DNA from: Anthoceros angustus
Taxonomy: Eukaryota > Plantae > Anthocerotophyta
Direction of reading: 5' to 3'
Assembly: GCA_010909165.1 (NCBI GenBank)
Contig: MU008210.1
Location: 124,001 to 188,000 of the forward strand
Length of the DNA stretch: 64,000 bases
Made by a program: the position numbers and the translations under genes. The notes under the pieces are model-generated. The model was not told the DNA's origin. It saw nothing but the letters and a program-made list of their open reading frames with translations, and made no database searches. The stretch's first letter is position 1; each line of letters begins with the position of its first letter. This document shows positions 58,401 to 64,000 of the stretch, piece after piece.

Positions 58401-59172
58401 GCTTGAGATGTGGTGCCTTCTCAGCTGAGGTTGTCTTGTTGAGTTTTGAGATGTGGCCTCCTAATTCACTTTTATAAGTCACCCAAGGGTTAGAAAAAGT
58501 AACTACCATTCTATCCTGCCCTTGGATGTGTGCCACGTGGTTTCTCACCGTTGATGTTAGTTTCCTAATTCCCTTACTAAAATACCATTTTCCCTATTTT
58601 CTAATTTCTAATTCGAAAATTAGCCTCTAATTTCTTAATTACCTATTTTGGCCTATTTATCTAGTCCACTAAAAGACTCTATATATAGCAAGCCTATCCA
58701 CCTAAAACATAAGCTACTTTCCTTAGCAACCTATCTCCTACTGGTAGGACATCCTCCATGGTGGCGTTTCCCTTTCTCCTACCACGGTGGGAGTTCTCTC
58801 TGTAGGATACCTTCCTACCCTCTCCTACCATGGTAGGAGCTATTCCTACAGGTAGGTGATCAAAACACTAGCGGGGTCATTCTCCTCGGTGGTAGGATCT
58901 CTCCTACCCTCGTCTACCATGGTAGGAGTTTCTCCTGTGGTAGGACACCTCCTACCACTCATGTAGGTTACCTTTTCTCCTCACCGGAAGGTCGTTTGAC
59001 CCGTTCTTTTCCCTGCATATCCTCTTTGCCTTCCGACATGGTCCTACAACTCCCGCTCAAAAGGAGCAAAAATTTCCTTGCATGTCTTCACCAAACCATT
59101 TCTAGCAAAAGAGTGTGGGCTGTTTCAAAGCGAACTCATTTAAGCTAGTTGCCCCAAACTTTTGCGTTCCAC
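52462..59172 (-). repeat. 5' LTR of element IV (~5 kb plus a 1.57 kb Copia insert); accessory ORF relic at ~55370-58390
   Basis: Collinear with 5928-10979. Similarity stops at ...GTTCCAC (59172), the same terminus as at 10979 within one base. Confidence 0.87.
52886..54450 (-). mobile_element. Truncated Ty1/Copia element: 5' LTR (~54215-54450), degenerate Met PBS, gag-protease relic
   Basis: LTR starts TGTGGATC and has TATAAATA at ~54303-54310. GTAGTATCGTAGC resembles GTGGTATCAGAGC. FNIEKLDGTNF, DELARSTIMLTLSK, LYEKQSAAS, CHYCHK.GHFKREC and WIID..ASFHVTP are read across frameshifts. Confidence 0.88.
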
Positions 59173-60389
59173 CATCCAGGTTCCAATTGGTGAGTTCGCT
59201 AAAATTAGAGAAACTTGGTGATTCACCATGAATGACTAAAAGTATGTGGCAGGCACCACAAGGCTTGTGTGTTGGATATGTCATAAGAACTCAGATAAGC
59301 GTCCTTTGGGCGGATCGACTCGGATGGGGTGCCTCTTGTGCAGGAGTATGAGCTTATATTTTTAAAAGACACAAGGAGCTGATTGGGAAAGTTCTTAGTG
59401 GGAGTTATGACTTCTCCTTAAGATTGACTTTTCCTTGGGTTCTTTGGGTAGGATGGTCTCTATGGGGCGCTAGAAAGGAGATAAGGAATGTTCTCTTGCA
59501 GATTGAAGGATTGATGACTTAAGAGCCTTCTTGGTGCAAACCACTAGGGTCTTAATTTGTTCAAGATGGATGGAAAGGATCCTTTTCATGGTGAGGGATT
59601 GATGGCTACTAAATTAGAGGTTATGGCTCATCAAAATAATGGATGGATATGGCCCTTGCACAACTCAAATCCTGCAATTTAGGCTTCTTGCATAATTGTC
59701 CATAGAAAGGGAGCCAAAAGTGCGAGGGAGTGAGCTAGAGCTTGTGTGCGCCCTGTGTGCCTCTTAAGGTGATGCCACCATCTCCTCTTGGTACTCTGTG
59801 GCACCAATCTCTGGTCTTAATGTGCCTTGGCTGGGTTTTGAGGATTTCTTCTAAGAGACGTCCTTGGTGTTCTTGGTGCTTATCTTGGTGTTTGTTCTCC
59901 TCATGGGATTCTAACCACTCAAAGGATGAGGTTCAGGAAGCCAAGTGTGATGCCTGAAGGGTGGCCCCCCACTCATCGCATGGTGGTAGTTTGGAGTGTC
60001 CCATTGCCTATTGCATGCAGGTGTGTGTAGGCCACTTGTCAAGAGGAGGATGCTTCCACGATGATGATAGGGAGGCCCTCCTCTTGCCCCTTAGATTTTG
60101 ATGAGGTCACCTATGGACTCCCGGAGTTTGGAGAAGAAATGGCGAGGAGGACCCATAGTGCCATGGAGGAAGAGGCACCTCCACTAGGGAGGCCACCTCT
60201 ACCTGGTCTTCGAAGGAGGCAATGGATGCAAGTCTTTATTGACCACCACAAGGCTTGAGTAGGCATCCGAACATGCCCCTAGATGATAAGGTGGTTGAGG
60301 GAGCAATCCACCCGGGAGGAGACTCAAACTATGGCCCTGAGCGAGAAATTCCCTCACCACCATGGGAGGCCCAAGAGAAGAGACCAAGT

Positions 60390-63141
60390 CCTTCTCCTCA
60401 CTTGCAACCCTCTCGCTCCCTTTCTTGCGGTTGTTGAGCTTCTAGCTCAGCGCTTCTCTTCCAAATGAAGGTCCGCCTCAATTCCTCTTCATGTCCGGAT
60501 CTTGATGGCTTGGTAGCCATCACTTTTCTTGCGTCCAATTGCTGGACGCTATCTTCTCCTAGAGAGCCTCTGTTTTGCCCTTTGTTCTTGCTCTAATTGG
60601 GCAAAATGCTCCTCCTATACATCTCCATGAATCCCGTTGGGTGGTTGCCAGCTCTCTTGACTGCGACACCTTCCCTCTAGGACTTTCTGCGCGCTCATCC
60701 ATGAGGTCGGCGTTGGAGCTTCTCTGACCTTTTCCTTGGCTGCCTTTTCATCGGACTCCATGGCCTCCAATTGCCAGGTCCTGCCTTCCGGCCATGTCTT
60801 GGGCTTCCTCCTCTTGCATGCCCACAAGGAGGCTGCTAGGTCCTAGCCCCTTCAAATCCACAGTGAGTGCTTCACAAGCTCGGCAATTCTCCTAGGGGTC
60901 CTAATTCCACCCTCTCTTCTTCTTTGGAAATTTCCAGCTCTCACACACCCGGGCCATCCGTGGCCTTGGTCCCCTTTATCGCTCCATCCGCTCTCCCCAG
61001 GAGATGGTGGCCTCGGCGCCGCTCGCGGCACCTCGCGTGCTTCTCCTTCCCTTCCACCAGTAGTGCTGGCGCGTGGGGTGCCTACCAGCGGTGGCTGCTC
61101 CCCTGATGCCTACCTACCATGGTGGTGGCGCCTACCGGTAGTGCCCACCTTGGGTGGCGCCTCCCTGGGGTGAGGCGGCGGGGTGCCTCTCTGGTAGGCA
61201 CAAGGAGATGGTGGGGACTCCCCACCCTTGGGGCATCACCCCTCCTGGTCCTTCTCTCATAGACTACCATTCGGCCTTCTCGGCGGTTCACCTCTTCTCC
61301 CTTGCTTGCTCTGTGGAAAGATTCCCACTCGGCAACCTTGTTGCCTCATCTTCTCCTCTTGCTTCTAGCATGCTTGTGGAGTCGACCTCCCACCGTCTTC
61401 CAATGCAAAGGCAAAGGCCTTTCCAACCTGTGGAGATGGATGACCTCAAAGGGATGCCATGCATCTTCAAGCTCCTTGCTTGTGAGAAGTCCCTCGGTTT
61501 CCCATAAATGCACCAAATAGGTGCTGAGGTAGCAGGCCTTGGCCTTCCTCATCCGAATTTGGCTTGAGGAGCTTCTCTCGATGGTGGATATGGCTTCATA
61601 CATAATGGTTCCCCAATCGCTTGGCTCCCATGGAAATCTTCCACAAAAATTGGAGGAAGTTGGTCTTTGAAATAAAGTGCGTTGGTAATTTACCAACCCC
61701 GGCACAATCTTTGCGAAGAGCCTCCACTTGACTCCTTGATGCTCTCGGTCTTCCAGCCATTCTTGGCGTGGGCCTTCACTCCTCCATCCATCATGTCGAG
61801 GAACTCCTGCGGATGTCGGAGAGGCTGTCCTCTTCCCTCCATTTGACCTTTCGAGGAGAGCAATTCGAGCTCTCTCTTCCTCCGGTCTTCCATACACTGT
61901 ACTCCACGGTCCAGCGGCGGGGATCCGTTCGAGCATTCCTTTTCCGCGGCAAGGCTGCTTCCGATTGATGGAGGTTGATAACACTCCTCAATCAATTCCA
62001 AATTAGTGTAGGCCCATTGGCGGCCATACACCCATCTAGTTGGATGTTCTCCTCCTCGCCTTGCGAAATCACTAAATCCGGGGTTGGCTGCAAAGCAAGT
62101 GAATTGGGGCATCAAGCTCACCTCCTCACCGCCCCTGCTGCTTTTTTCCTTTCCCTCGCGAGGAGAGCCTTTGCGGCTCCTTCCCTTGCCTTTTCCTCCT
62201 CGAGGCATGGTGGCGTCTTCCTTTCAAGTGCTTTAAAGGAAGGAATTACTTCCCAATTTCGGTGCTCCCAAACTTCTCTTCAAACACTCCTTGGGGTAGC
62301 AACCCTTCACTGAGCACACGTTAGCCACAGCCCAAGTCTTTTTCTTGCGCTTTCCTCCCGTGTCCTTCTTCAGGTGAGCTTCCGCGATTTTCTCGCTCTT
62401 CCCTTCAATTCTTGACCCACCACTTGTTGCTTCCTTGGCTCGCTCACACTTCCTCTCCGTGGCCAGCGCGTGGAGTTCTCTCCTTTTCGCGGCCTCCTTT
62501 TCCTTCCTCTCCGCCTCCTGGTTGGTTTCTCCTTCGTGGCGCCTTCTTCCTCTCGGCTTGCTCGTGGCGATGGCGCCTCTCTTCTCGCGGCGATGGCGAT
62601 CTTCCTTCCTTTTGCGTTCGCTCCAGCTGACTCGCTCTTGTTCTTGGTGAAGAGCGCCCGCACTTTGCCCTTTGGATGTGCCACTGGCGGCACACAACCC
62701 TAGATTGGGTTCATCATTCCAAAATCCTAATTCTATCTAAACTACCTATTTTCCTATCACTGCTATCCCTAATTAATCGCTTTCTAATTACTATATATTT
62801 ATTCCCTATTGGTGAGCATATATAGTGGATATCCCCTCTATTCTAAATTTCCTTTTGCGAGATTGTCGACCTACGGTCGCGGCTTACAGCGATGGTCTGC
62901 TCCTTCTCTACGGCGTGTGTGGCGACCTACGGCGGTGATGCCGACCTACCAACCTTGGTGCCCTCACGCCTGGAAAGTCGTTTGACCCGTTCTTCTTCGG
63001 GATATCCTCTTCGCCTTCCTAACAATATTCGACTCTCAAGATTCTCGGAAATTTCTGGCATGCCTCTTCAATCGTTCTTAGCCAAAAATCACTTCGTCTT
63101 TTGGCTCTTTTGGGCTGGTTGCCCAAACTTTTCGTTCCACA
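60390..63141 (-). repeat. Truncated 3' LTR of a family B element (element V)
   Basis: Reverse complement of ~33820-37100. Starts TGTGGAACG and contains the VKAHAKNGW...KWRLFAKIV core (ORFs 61346-62208). Confidence 0.87.
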
Positions 63142-63154
63142 TACTCCCCACCTC
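63142..63154 (-). other. Polypurine tract (GAGGTGGGGAGTA)
   Basis: Identical to 33807-33819. Confidence 0.85.
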
Positions 63155-63189
63155 ACTGTTTGCGTCCTCGCAAACAGCAGTACTACTCG

Positions 63190-64000
63190 GTGAAGGTACT
63201 GACCTTCCACCCATTACTCTGGTCGGATAATTCTCCCCAATACTCGAGTTGCAGATCCATTCTCGTATCTGCGACCACCTCGTAGGTCCCATCCATCTTA
63301 GCCTAAGCTTCCTGGAAAGTCTAGGTATACTATCATATAGAAGAACCAAATCCCGTCCACGATAGCCTCTTGCTTCCTCAACCTCCCATCATGCGTCCTT
63401 TTACGAGTTCCACAGATCCATGGGTTTCTTCTAAAGCATCCTCCCTCGTTCTTCGCTCTATGAGGATTCTAGTCTAACTAGCTATCCTCTCTGGTCATCG
63501 TTCATCCTCCATGATTACAGGTGGGTACTTCAAATTCCACGGGCATCACGGTGACATGCCATCGTTAGATAATAAGGGTCTTCTTGGTGGTTACCTTCTC
63601 CATGATCCTGTAAGCCCTGCGAATGCAACAGCATCCCAATCATACATGTGTGTTTACCTTGGTGAGGATTGTGCACAACAACCCATTTCTTCTCCGTCAA
63701 TCCATTTGGGGTTGTGTAGTCTTCTTAGAATGTTGAAATAGGTGGTTAGGGACTCAATGACAGAGTTGAGGAAATGCGTCCCCCGGTCACTAACCAACTC
63801 CAAAGGACATCCGTACCTGGTTATGATATTCTCGAATAAAAACTTGGCTACTGCAGGTGCGTCGTCCTTCCTCGTCGCTTCAGCCTCCACCATCTTCGTG
63901 CAATAATCCGTAGCTACCAAAATGTACTGCTTCCTCGTCCATTGCGTTGGTGGCTTGATCGGTCCTACGAAATCGATTCCCCACTTCTCGAACGGTGCTA
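63190..64000 (-). pseudogene. pol: Integrase core and C-terminus of element V (continues beyond the window)
   Basis: [49 protein letters not shown] and KLRLRWMGP. Confidence 0.92.

Larger units (their letters stand above)
39379..59172 (-). mobile_element. Gypsy element IV (family A): 5' LTR with Copia insert, gag-pol, and 3' LTR cut by element III
   Basis: LTR 59172-52462, PBS, gag, PR, RT, RH, INT, PPT, LTR 43660-39379. Confidence 0.92.

Noticed and set aside
59173-60390. Possible Gypsy RNase H trace (QEYELIF at ~59340) and a GGCGCTAGAAAGGAG PBS-like string at ~59466
   Set aside because: Isolated short matches without a supporting reading frame or adjacent LTR end.
1-64000. Several hundred short ORFs in the track as independent genes
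   Set aside because: They are antisense or off-frame by-products of purine-biased TE coding sequence, or frameshift fragments of the features listed.

Overview
Plant-type, TE-saturated heterochromatin. No host gene, rRNA, tRNA or CRISPR is supportable. Most of the window is nested and rearranged copies of Athila-like (non-chromoviral Ty3/Gypsy) retrotransposons from sister families A and B, plus a more distant family C. There is also a truncated Ty1/Copia element and a CACTA transposase relic. Two observations stand out. (1) The Gypsy elements have giant ~5 kb LTRs. These are bounded by TGTGG...CCACA, with a PPT directly before every 3' LTR and a TGGCGC-type PBS directly after both 5' LTRs. 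Each LTR carries a ~3 kb protein-coding ORF, two promoter-like regions, and arrays of a 12-14 bp palindrome CTACCRYGGTAG. (2) A prokaryote-type beta-class N4/N6 DNA methyltransferase relic lies at 17567-20042, between two of these LTRs. Small indels and local tandem duplications are pervasive and suggest an unpolished long-read assembly. Frameshifts and copy numbers may therefore be artefacts, and translations across frameshifts are my manual reconstructions. Coordinates other than motif and terminus positions are approximate. The host is probably a non-seed plant, but this is low confidence.
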